A stretch of 64,000 bases of DNA, from contig OZ024740.1 in assembly GCA_964016885.1 (NCBI GenBank), positions 29,450,001 through 29,514,000 of the forward strand, written 5' to 3'. Position 1 is the stretch's first letter. Each line of letters begins with the position of its first letter. Position numbers and translations under genes: made by a program. Source of the stretch: Eledone cirrhosa. Its lineage: Eukaryota. Positions 25,900 through 38,253 of this stretch are shown piece after piece. Under the pieces are notes generated by a model that worked only from the letters and a program-made list of their open reading frames with translations, was not told the origin of the DNA and did no database searches.

Positions 25900-28800
25900 C
25901 ATCATCATCATCATCATCACCATTTTACGTCCGTTCTTCCACGCTAGCATGGGTTAGACGGGTTGTCCTGTTGTGGGCAGTGTCTGATCGGCTGACCCTG
26001 CCTTGCTCATACAGGAACTGATTTGGCTTGATTTCTACAGCTGGATGCCCTTCCTAACACCAAACTCATTTACAGTGAGTGCTGGGTGCTTTTTCGTGGC
26101 GCCTACATGTCCTCTTTACAGTGAGGGCTGGGTGCTTTTTTGCCGTGGCACCTCCACGACCACCTTGCAGTGGGAGGGTTTGTGGGGCATATTGTCTATA
26201 TGCTTCAGCTTGTACCCATGGGAGGTCGGGTACTCTGTATTACTGCGTGACGCCAGAGGTCACGGTCGTGTGTCATCGACTTTGAGAGGTGTAATTGGGT
26301 AAGGTCGGCTTTTATCACCTCATCCCAGGTCATCTTGGGTCTCCCCACTCCGCGGTTTCCATCAACTTCTAGTGCTCTGCACTTTTTATGCAGCTATCAT
26401 CCTTCATACGCATCACACGTCCATACCAACGCATCCGCCTCTCCTGCACACAGCATTTGATTCCTCTTATGCTCAGTCTCTCTCTCAATTTATTTATACT
26501 TTGTCGTTCGCGTATATTACTATTACACATCCATCGGAGCATGCAGGCTTCGTTTCTCTCTAATCTACGTAAGTCTTCCACCTTCAGCGCCCAGGTCTCA
26601 CTACCATGTAACATTGCTGTTCGGATACACGCATCATACAGTCTACCTTTCATTTTGAGGGAGAAGCCTTTTGCAGCTAGCAGTGGTAGTAGTTCCCTGA
26701 ACTTCTTCCATCCCGTTCTTACCCTAGTTATTGTACTTTCTGAACACCCACCTCCGCTGCTAATTCGGTCACCTAGGTAGCAGAAGCTGTCTACTGTCTC
26801 TACAGAGCCCTCCCAGAGATTGCTGCTACTTGTTTCCTGTGGCTGTTTGCTGCTTGCTGTCCCAGTACAGCTGCTGCATGTGAAGCCTACATTCTTATTT
26901 AAGCTTCCTGAGATCCCGCTACATCTCTTGTGTACCCATTGTTTGCATTTGGGGCAGAGAATAGAGTTCCTACCTACACCTTTCCTACATACTGAGCAAG
27001 GCCATTTCCCTGAGGGGATCTGGGTTCTGTTTTCTCGTCTACTTACAAGGACCTTAGTCTTTGTCATGTTGACTTTGAGACTCTTTCTTTCTAGTCCCTG
27101 CTTCCAAGTTTGGAATTTCTTCTCTAGTTCTACCATAGATTCAGCTATAAGTGCGAAGTCATCAGCATACAGGAGTTCCCATGGGCATCCGGTCTTAAAC
27201 TCCTCCGTTATTGCCTGCAGGACTATGATGAACAGGAGAGGGCTAAGAACAGAGCCCTGGTGGACCCCAACCTGTACGCTAAATTCCTCGCTATACTCAT
27301 TGCTAATCCTAACGTTGCTGACTGCTCCCCTATACATGGCTTGTACAGCTTTCACAAGCCATTCATCTACTCCTAGTTTTCTAAGAGCCCACCAGATTAC
27401 AGCACGTGGAACTCTGTCAAAGGCTTTCTCGAGATCGACGAATGCCAGGTAGAGTGGCTTACTTTTAGCTAGGTACTTTTCCTGTAACTGCCTCACAAGG
27501 GAGAGGGCATCAGTGGTGCCTCTTCCTGGTACAAACCCAAATTGCATCTCATCTAGTTTCATCCGGTCCCTAATCAACTGTGCTATAACTCTTTCTGTTA
27601 CTTTTATGATCTGGTCCATCAGCTTTATACCTCTATAGTTTCCTCTATCGAGTGCATCACCTTTATCTTTGTAGCAGTTGACAATGATGCTACTGCACCA
27701 ATCTTTTGGTATGACACCTTCTAGTATTAGCTGGTTAACAATATGTGTGGTTATAGTGTGACCTACAGACCCAGATGCCTTCAACATCTCGGCAGCTATA
27801 CCCGATGGACCGGTTACCTTCCCCATCTTCATATCTTTGATTGTCTTACTTACTACGCTGCCGCTGACTTGTACTGCTGGCCCCTCTATAGGGTCTACTT
27901 GGGATAGGGTCTCTTCTTCCCATGCATTCTCCTCATTTAGTAATCTATCATAATGACTCTTCCATGCATATTTCTTCTCAGCACTTGTGAGGGCAAGCTC
28001 ACCTTTATCATTCCGGATACACTTCTCTCCAATGACATCACAATTCTCTCTGACACACTGCCTCGCAATCTTGAACACCTCCTGTTTCTGCTTCCCTCCT
28101 AGCTAAGTATACTTGTCGCCTAGCTTCCCTCTTGGTCTCTATGTAATGTACCCTGCTCCCCCCGTTCTTCCATTCTTTCCATGCCTGTCTCTTGGCCTTA
28201 ACTGCCTCATCTACCTTATTGTTCCACCACCAAGTCACTCTCCTCCTGCTTGTGGTCTTACTCCAGCCACAGATCTCATCCGTCGCCTCTAGTAAGTTAT
28301 TTTTTAGGAACTCCCAGTGCTCTTCTACATTGAATGTCTCTATCTGTTCTTCTTTACTGTCGTAGGCGTTGAGTAAAATATCTTTAAATCTGTTTCTGGC
28401 TCAGGGGTCTTTCAGCTTCCAGATCTTTCTTCTCCAGGTTGGCCTCTGTTTCCAGGTTCGTCTAGTTCTGACTGTGAACTCGCTGACAACTAAGCTATGT
28501 TGGGAGGTACATTCCTCACTAGGGAAGGCTTTTGTGTTTACGACCGTCCATCTGTCACGTCCTCTGATTAGGATAAAATCTATCTGACTGAATGCTCCCC
28601 TGATCTATAGGTGATCAGGTGGTTGTCGGGTTTTTTGAAGTTTGTGTTACATAACGACATGTCATTGGCGTCGCAGAATTCTAGAAGTCTGAATCCTTCT
28701 TCATTTCTTGTGCCAACCCCATGGCCTTCATGGACTCTATTGAAGCCGTCAGTGTTTACCTACGTGTCTGTTAAAATCTCCTGCGATGATTAGGAAGTCA

Positions 28801-29395
28801 TTGTCGTTTGTTAGAGCAGTAGTGTGCATTAGGGACTCGTAAAATCTATCCTTAAGTTCGTCTGGCAACCCCGATTGGGATGCGTAAGCTGATATTATTG
28901 TGGTAATTGTTTTATTCAGGACTAGTCTGAGTTTAATGCTTCTTGCATTTACCCTGTACACTGAGATTACTTTATCTACCCACTTGTCAGCTAGTAGTAT
29001 ACCTACACCACCCATCCCATCGTCATTTCCCACCCAGAAAAATTTGTAGCACCGACTTTTTCCTACAAGGACTCTAGCAGACTCTCCTCTCCATCTAGTC
29101 TCTTGCACACAGTATACATCAATTTCCTTTCGCTCTAGCATTTCTACGATTTCTCCAGCTCTTCCTTTCATTGTGCTTACATTGATGGTACCAACTCGGA
29201 GTTTTGGGCATTTGTCGACACTCGTAGGGAAGGGTCGATGTTTGCAGGGGTGTGTGTGTGCTTCCTCTCTCTGGATTGGCGCTTCACATGGGTGCTTGGT
29301 AGCTCGCGGATTCATATTCATTTTATCTATTAATTCAGAGTTGCTCCAATTTATTCTCAGCTCATCCATCCATACCGGTAGGAAAATTCAGGGCA
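25899..29395 (-). mobile_element. RTE-clade LINE (APE + RT + internal PHD-like finger), degenerate, (GAT)n tail
   Basis: APE (GTINV, VQET, AGDFN), RT (DLEKAFD, QGSVLSP, YADD), CSVC..CPKC..WVHKRC..CSSC. Confidence 0.9.
26369..28078 (-). pseudogene. RTE reverse transcriptase fragment
   Basis: 569 aa ORF, frameshifted relative to the upstream APE pieces. Confidence 0.85.
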
Positions 29396-29404
29396 TATAT
29401 ATAG

Positions 29405-29455
29405 GGCTTCCTGATGATTTCTCCCGAATGAAACAGTTCTAGTCCTGTAGAAGCC
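29405..29455 (+). ncRNA. Minimal hammerhead ribozyme in a ~130 bp mini-element (29401-29530)
   Basis: ggcttc CTGATGA tttctcccgaat GAAA cag ttctagtc ctg TA gaagcc; same family at 61041 and 61423. Confidence 0.8.
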
Positions 29456-29909
29456 ATTTCTATATTAAATATTTATACTCTGCTATGTATTGAGTACCTT
29501 ATTTACTGTGGTTACTCTGGATTGAACCCGTACTGTGAGCTCTACATGTAATAAGCAGCTTTCAATACAAAAGAGACAGTCTTGAAATAAAAGATGAAAC
29601 CCATTAAAAAGAAAAAGGAATTCATTAATTAATAACCCAATCTTTAGTAGCTAACCTCAATATAGTGTTCATTAGGTAAGGTGACCATGTCTTGCTCATA
29701 CAATGTCGAACTTTCTCTTCACCTGCCCATATAAATTGTTTTCTTGAAAAACAGAGTGCAGAGTCGGAAAGAATACTGCGTTTGCCGCCTTCTTACAAAG
29801 TAGGTAGAAGTCAATATGGAAGAGATAATCTAAATTAAATCAGAAACCAGCAACAAAGATTGAAGGTGGAAGTTAACGGTGATCATTTGAATAATATTGT
29901 ACAAGATGC

Positions 29910-29954
<45 letters not shown>

Positions 29955-29984
29955 GTGTGTGTGTGTGTATGTGTGTGTGTGTGT

Positions 29985-30033
<49 letters not shown>

Positions 30034-30140
30034 TGTGTTTATATACTTATATATTTTTTATATTTTTTTCTTCCTTCAGCCTCACTTTCATATTTCTTAT
30101 ATTTTTGTTTTCAAATCCACATTCAATAAAAACACCAGGA

Positions 30141-30206
30141 TTGTTTCGTTCTGACGACTGAAAGCAGATTTGTTTGCTTTCAAGAAACCACTGGTAAATG
30201 AAATAA
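30141..30206 (+). ncRNA. Hammerhead ribozyme
   Basis: ttgtttcgtt CTGACGA c tgaaagcaga tttg tttgctttca a GAAA ccactgg TA aatgaaataa; stems I and II are 10 bp each. Confidence 0.8.
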
Positions 30207-30263
30207 TTATCTTGTGTTGCTTATTACATAATTATATATATATAACGCATACTTATATATGAC

Positions 30264-30304
<41 letters not shown>

Positions 30305-30307
<3 letters not shown>

Positions 30308-30832
30308 TGGTGAGGATGGTGGTGGTGGTGGTGGTGGTGGTGGTGATGGTAGTGGTGGTAGTGTTATTGTTGGTGGTGGTCGTCGTGGTGAGGATGGTGG
30401 TGTTGTTGTTGGTGGTGGTCGTAATGGTGGTGGTGATGGTGATGTTGTTGCTGTTGTTGTTGTTAGTGGTGGTGGTGGTGGTGATGATGATGGTGGTGTT
30501 GTTGTTGTTGTGGTGGTGGTGGTGATGTTGTTGATGCGGTGGAGGTTGTTGTTGTGGTGGTGGTCGTAGTGGTGTGAGTTGTAGTGGTAGTGATGGTAGT
30601 AGTGGTGATGGCGGCAGGAGCGATTGGGGTGGTGATGAAAGTGATGGCGGCAGCAGTGGTGGTGGTGGTGGAGGCGGCAGTAGTGGTGATGGCGGCAGGA
30701 GCGGTTGTGGTGGTGGAAGTGATGGCGACAGCAGTGGTGGTGGTGGTGGAGGCGGCAGTAGTAGTGGTGGTGGCAGAAGTGGTGGTCGTAGAGGCGGCAG
30801 TAGTGGTGACGGCAGCAGTGGTGGTGTCGGTT
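30305..30832. repeat. Degenerate (GGT/GTT/GGC)n tract
   Basis: Direct reading. Confidence 0.9.
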
Positions 30833-30959
30833 GTGATATACAATCCACAAATACAAGTACAATCAATATTTTCTACGTCGTTTATTTATGGCGGTTTAAC
30901 GACCTCACTGATTTCACTTGGAAAACAATTGCCAGCCTCTAGAAAATAAAGAGTATTTA

Positions 30960-31551
30960 CGGGCTGTTTGGTTGTTTACAAACAAACCGAGCATTATAAT
31001 AAATGTTCGGTAAACCCATACGTACATATATATATGTGTGTGCATGTATGTATATATATACATACTACTGTACGTCTGTATACATATATGTATGTACGTA
31101 TACATACATACATACTTACATTTAAGTAACTGCCGTACTCAGAGTGAGAAATGAAATTTCGTTTCATTCTTTTCCATTTATCGTTTTCGGTGCGCCGGCC
31201 GACTAACTCACTCGATATGCAAATTAGGCTGCTCAGCCGTTAATCTGCATAAGGAAAGTATATACTTTCAGACGTTCAACCATCTGACAAAGGTATACGA
31301 TGCTGACGATAGCTAATAAGCTTGAAACTAGTACATCGTTCCTGTGTCAGTGTTGAGCAAAAAGGTGACGATGGTTGCCTGAACACTGTACGGCATAATT
31401 CGGGCTGTTTGTTTACAAACAAACCGAGCATTATAATAAATGTTCGGTAAACCCATACGTACATATATATATGTGTGCATGTATGTATATATATACATAC
31501 TACTGTACGTCTGTATACATATATCTATGTACGTATACATACATACTTACA
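30960..31551 (+). repeat. ~160 bp direct repeat (30960-31120 and 31401-31551)
   Basis: cgggctgttt..aaacaaaccgagcattataataaatgttcgg appears twice. Confidence 0.85.
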
Positions 31552-31615
31552 TATCTATATATATATATATATATATGATATTAATAAATGGAAACTATAT
31601 TGATAAAACCATATT

Positions 31616-31675
31616 TATTCTATTATATATATTTCAATGGTACCAAAATTTGGTACGCCCTCATCAGATAAAATA
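31616..31675 (-). ncRNA. Hammerhead ribozyme in a relic related to the 44940-51195 Penelope pLTR
   Basis: tattttat CTGATGA gggcgtacca..tggtaccatt GAAA tatata TA atagaata. Confidence 0.72.
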
Positions 31676-31932
31676 CAAATTTTATTTATATCCTTTTAAT
31701 GTTCAAACCGGCCAAAACCGGCCAGAATTCGCTACCACACTCTGTTGAAACTCTCTGTAACTGGTCACTCAAACTGATGTTAAGGTATTGTTCTCAAAAT
31801 AAATACTTTCAAAATCTCATAGATTCGAAATTATGTGTGGTAATTATGTGAGGTAAATCCTTTACCATGAAAATATCATAGTATATATAGAGTAATATAA
31901 ATGCAAAAGGGTTTAATATATGTAAGTAAGTA

Positions 31933-31964
<32 letters not shown>

Positions 31965-31969
<5 letters not shown>

Positions 31970-32104
31970 AAAAAAGAGGATATCGAAAATGCAACTGGAG
32001 TCCTTTTTTTTTTTAGATATATTTATTTGGTTCCTTTACCGGTTTCGCAGTTCTTGTGTTTTTCAAAAGTAGAATTGAGAGATGGAGGGTCTGTGGTTTT
32101 TCTC
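31965..32104 (-). mobile_element. Diverged single arm of the 14472 fold-back family
   Basis: Homology; keeps TTGAAAA and GAAACCGGTA but stem II has decayed. Confidence 0.75.
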
Positions 32105-32107
32105 GTA

Positions 32108-32293
32108 ATAATTGTTTCTACTTTTGGCACAAGGCCAGCTATTACGCAGTGTATTACTGGTACTTTATTTTATCGACCCCGTAAGGATGACAGTTAACCT
32201 CGGCGTGATTTGAACTCAGACCATAAAGGGACATAACTCTTTGCTGCAAAGCATAGTGACCGAATCTCTACCGATACTGCCAATCCACCGCCC
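32108..32293 (-). mobile_element. SINE copy
   Basis: Homology to 360-548. Confidence 0.85.
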
Positions 32294-32656
32294 TGTGTAG
32301 AATATAATAAAGGAAGACATAACCTTGTGCTTTTATGAAATCAATTAACCCTGTTAACTTAGTTATTTAAATTTGTCAATCGTAAAAGGTTTTAGAAATT
32401 TAAATGGCACGTCCGAGATTTTCAATAAATGCAAACATATCAAAATGTTTCTAGCTGAAGAATTTCCTTTTAGAAAATCTCCTTTTAGATTTAAGTGAAG
32501 TAGTTACACAACTGCGTATCATGAAACATACATACACACATATACACACGCGCACACAGCCACACGCACAGACTCATCCATTCACACACACACAGACGAA
32601 CACATGCATACGCACATACGCACATACGCACTCTCTCTCTCTCTCTCTCTCTCACA

Positions 32657-32709
<53 letters not shown>

Positions 32710-32976
32710 GCATATATACTCACTCACATACTCACACACGAACACACACACACACACATACACACACACATATATATATATATTTATATATATATATATG
32801 CATATATACTCACTCACATACGCACACACGAACACACACACACACACATAAACACACGCACACACGCACACACACACATATATATATATATATACTCACT
32901 CATACACACACATACACACACATATATATATATATATGTATATATACTCACTCATACACACACACTCACACACACA

Positions 32977-33039
<63 letters not shown>

Positions 33040-33520
33040 GCTCACTCACATACTCACACACGAACACACACACACACAAATATATATATATATACTCACT
33101 CATACACTCACGCACGAACGCCACCCACATACACTCACGCTGGCGTGCATGCGCACAGCTGTATGTATGTAAACGCCTGGTTGTCCATTGCAGAGAAGTA
33201 AATAGCTGCTATGATGTAGACAAAGGCAGCCATTCCCCGGCGGCAGAGCTTTAACTGCAGTTACTACACTCTAGAATAATGAAACTATATTGTTACTCTA
33301 CATGTATTGAGTACTTTTATGGATGTGGAGATGTGAACGATGGTGAAAGATAAAGAGACAGATAAAGAGACAGAGAGAACTGAGCAGATATATTGATAAA
33401 ATGACATATTTCATCAATAGACCGATAAATCAATATAATCTATTGATTAATTTAGATGTTTAGATATATTGTGGAAATACATCGATATTACATAGAAATA
33501 AATGGTGCATAATACAACAG

Positions 33521-33555
<35 letters not shown>

Positions 33556-33580
33556 TTCACATGTATATATATATATATGT

Positions 33581-33648
<68 letters not shown>

Positions 33649-33844
33649 TAACACATGTATATATACATATATATATGTATACATGTGTGCAGTGTGCGTT
33701 TTTATGTATGTAAATATATATATATATTTATATATATATATATATACGTACACACACACACTCACACACGCGTGTGTGTGTGTGTGTGTGTGTGCGTGTT
33801 TGCTTTGTTATTTCTGTTTGCCTTTTGCATACATATTTATTTAT

Positions 33845-33889
<45 letters not shown>

Positions 33890-34014
33890 TGTTTATCTAT
33901 AATGTAATGTATATATGTATATATATGTGTGTGTGCGCGTGTTAGAGTGCTTGTTTTCTGTATGTCGCAATGTATATATTTTATTTCTCAATAGAATTCT
34001 ACATTTAGGTCGTT

Positions 34015-34045
<31 letters not shown>

Positions 34046-34048
34046 CTA

Positions 34049-34103
<55 letters not shown>

Positions 34104-34424
34104 AGATAAGGGATAGTGATGATGATGACGATGAATCAATACATTGGATTAAAAAGAAAATGATTCAACCAGCCAATAGAATTACCAGCTTCGCTTCACT
34201 GCGGCATTTGCCTACACACTGTATCTATGGCTGACTTCCTTTCGAGTTCTTGCTTTAACAGAGGAACGTTACATTGGTTTCGAAAATCGGGAAACATTTT
34301 ATAGAAAATAACAAATAGACATCAATAAGTGTTACATTTTTTTTATTGATATCAACATTTCTTACATATCTTCTTTAAAGGGATATATATATGTGTATGT
34401 TGTCTGTGGTACATGGCTTTTATG

Positions 34425-34480
<56 letters not shown>

Positions 34481-34549
34481 CACACACACACACATATACA
34501 TATATAAAACACAGAATTTATATGCATTTGCGTATGCGTTTATAAATAA

Positions 34550-34601
<52 letters not shown>

Positions 34602-34605
<4 letters not shown>

Positions 34606-34760
34606 CGAAGGAAATGTGGTAAGGAACCAGGTGGACCATAACGCACCAAAGTACTCAATACTTAGGGTAGTAGAGTGGGTAATAGGAACGAGTAGGACCC
34701 CGTCCAGAATTAGCCGTCAAAACGGCTTGAGCTCAGCCGTCGGGGTCCTACTCGTTCCTA
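34602..34760 (-). mobile_element. 160 bp miniature of the 16372 Penelope 3' end with short inverted arm
   Basis: Homologous to 20281-20420; inverted repeat ataggaacgagtaggaccccg. Confidence 0.85.
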
Positions 34761-35066
34761 TATATATATATATATATACGTACACACAAATGCATATAAA
34801 TTGTATGTGTTGTATGTGTTTTAAGTGTTATATATATATATATATACATATATACATATATACATTGATTCATTCATGCATACATTTATACATACATACA
34901 TAAATACATACATACATACATACATAAATACATACATACATACATAAATACATACATACATACATACATACATACATACATACATACATACATACATACA
35001 TACATACATACATACATACATACATACATACATACATGCATAATTGCATACATACATAGATATGTA

Positions 35067-35560
35067 TGATAGACAGATGGCACCAAGGAATACTGGTGGA
35101 ACCTGAAAATAAAAACTGCCACCAAATTAAAGCACAACCGGCCTGATATTGTTGTTTGGGACCACACATTGAAAACGTGTTCTGTTGTGGAGATCAGCTG
35201 CCCACTTCATGTAAACGTTGTCAGAAAAATACAGGAGAAGGAGGACATCTACTGACCAATGATGAGCAGTTTACAAATCCAGTATCCAAGATACACCTTT
35301 AGCTTCATGCCCATCATTATTGGAGCTACGGGTTATATACCAACCCGCTTGGACCAAAGTATGACTGAACTTGGATTTGCGGACAAGGAACGCAGTACCC
35401 TAATTCATAGTCTACAAATGGCTGCGGTAGCTGGCACCTTCAAAATTTGCAAAATATTCTTGCGATTCGAGGGATGACAATTTCTTTTTTTTTACAACCT
35501 TGCCACCAGGGTGGTGGCCGGTCAATAGAATATGCTCGAAATTAAGAGAAAGAGATAACA
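35067..35560 (+). mobile_element. 3' fragment of a REL-LINE in (CATA)n
   Basis: KHNRPD..VVEISCP motif; paralogue at 43712-44322. Confidence 0.8.
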
Positions 35561-35617
35561 CATACATACATATGACATACATACATACATACATACATAC
35601 ATACATACATACATACA

Positions 35618-35648
<31 letters not shown>

Positions 35649-35688
35649 GACATACATACATACATACATACATACATACATACATACA

Positions 35689-35719
<31 letters not shown>

Positions 35720-35736
35720 GACATACATACATATAT

Positions 35737-38010
35737 ATAGCCTGCCTGACCCTATTCCTCCAAGATCACTGTGAAAATAATAACATCATCACAGATGAAC
35801 AAGCAGCTGGAAAGAAAAGGGTTTGGGGATGTGATGAACAACTCCTAATCAACAAAATTGCGATGTCGGAGATGCGACAACTCAGGAGGAATATGACTAC
35901 AGTCTGGCTGAACTACAGGAAAGCTTTTGATTCTGTTCCCCACTCTTGGATGATAGAGGCCCTCCAACTTGCTAAAGTCCCAGACATTATTGTCAGAGCC
36001 ATAGAGAGGCTGTCTTCTTCTTGGGCTACTATCCTAAGGTTAAATACAGAGAGGGAGGACTCTATTTTCACTGATAAAATAAAATATTTCAGGGGTATAT
36101 TTCAGGGGGACAGTCTCTCTGTGATATTATTCATCTTGTCATTAAACCCCTCGTCCTTTCTGCTCAAGAAATGTGAGGGATACATCATTGGCTCACAGGA
36201 GGACATAAATACGAACCTAACCCATAATTTCTTTGTGGACGATCTGAAACTCTATGCCAAGAACATGGATGGGATGAAAAAAATCTTGACCTGGTTACAA
36301 TATTCTCAAAGGATATAGGAATGGAGTTTGGCCAAGATAAATGCTCATACATGACTGTAAAGCGGGGAAAAACAACAACCAAATCTAGCAACATTGTCAT
36401 CAATGGCCTAACTGTTTCACCGATATCTGATGAGGACTGCTACAAATACCTGGGGATAGATGAGAACATATCCTATAATGGTATCTGTGATAAAGAACGC
36501 GTATCCAAGGAATACTACACCCGATTAAGAAAGATCTGGTCATCGGAACTCTCTGCGCAAAACAAAACAGTGGCTCATAATGTGTTTGCTGTGCCTGTCC
36601 TAACACCAACGTTTGACGATAGACGAAATCGGAGCAGTTAATGTTGAAACTCGAAAAAGAATGAACAACACCGGAAACTTCCACATCGACAGTGACATAG
36701 ACCGCCTATAGTTGAAACGTAAGCAGGGAGGCAGAGGCCTAACATCAGTCCAGAAAACATTTGAATGTCGCATCATATCTCTCCGACAATATCTACCAAC
36801 CTCGAAGCGTAGGTGCCGGTTTCCGAAGCAAGTCTATCTGCATGAAACAGATAAGATCATGAGAGTTGGGATGGAACTCCTTGAGAGATATTCCCTGTGT
36901 GATAATCAAAAACTCACACCCAGTGATGTCGCTCAGCAGTGTCGCAGTGAATCCATGGATGAAAAACTGCATGCCTATCAGCAAAAAGTCATGCATGGAT
37001 ATGTTGCCAGGAAGCTCCAGAGTGAGAGTAATATAGATAAGGAAAGTCGTCTATCTTGGACCAACAACCGCTATATTGGCTCCCACTTTGAAGCAGACGC
37101 TTTTGCAATCCAAGAACAGGAGATTATCACGAAATACCTGATTCACAAAAGAGATAGGGATGCAGGCAAAACATCTAGATGTGATAACAAGTGCAGACTC
37201 TGCAGAACTAACATCGAGGATATCACCCATGTCATCAGCAGCTGTCCAAAGATGTCATCGCGGTACTATCTACCTATGAGGCATGATGTAGTGGCTAAAA
37301 CACCGTACAATGCAGTTCGTAAAAAAGATAGCCCCGATAATAAACACATTTGAAGCTACAGCAATGTGGAAGACATCCATGTAGATAATATGAAAGAGTA
37401 CTGGTGGAATGTTCCAGTAAAATCCCCAATAAAATGCAGGCATAACAGACCAGATATGATGATATGGGACAGGGAGAAGAAAACATGCACAGTAGTGGAA
37501 ATTAGCTGCCCAGCAGATTCCAATATAATATAAAAGATTAGTGAAAAAGAAAATATTTATGCAGAACTGATGAGAAATCTGCAGATACTCCACCCTGATT
37601 ACACCTTCAGATTTATGCCTGTGATTATTTGGGCACTGGGGTATGTTAGTAACTGCCTCAATACAAATCTTGAGAAGCTAGGCTTCACAGGAACGGAAAG
37701 AACACAACTAATTAGGATATTGCAAGTACAATCCATTAATGGAACAGTAAAAATATGTAAGACATTCCAAAAATGTTGCATCTAATAACTGCATATACAC
37801 ATATACAGATGCAAAGCATATACACATGCACACATACAACTCAAAACATACACATCCACACAAACAATAACATCCATATCTACACATGCATGCATACACA
37901 TCTACCTAGTTGATGTTGTGTAAATTCCAATGAGAGAGTCTTGTGTCTATGTTAGAAACAGACACTCTCACTATTGGGAAAACTTTGTGAAATTATAAAA
38001 CCAGAAGAAC
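35737..38010 (+). mobile_element. 5'-truncated R4/Dong-like LINE, tandem copy 1
   Basis: RT (YRKAFD, FQGDSLS, FVDD), CRLC..HVISSC, RHD, RPD; (CATA)n flanks. Confidence 0.88.
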
Positions 38011-38083
38011 ATACACACACACACACATACATACATACATACATACATACATACATACATACATACATACATACATACATACA

Positions 38084-38114
<31 letters not shown>

Positions 38115-38221
38115 GACATACATACATATATACATACATATGGCATATATACATACATATATACATACATACATACATACATACATACATACATACATAC
38201 ATACATACATACATACATACA

Positions 38222-38250
<29 letters not shown>

Positions 38251-38253
<3 letters not shown>

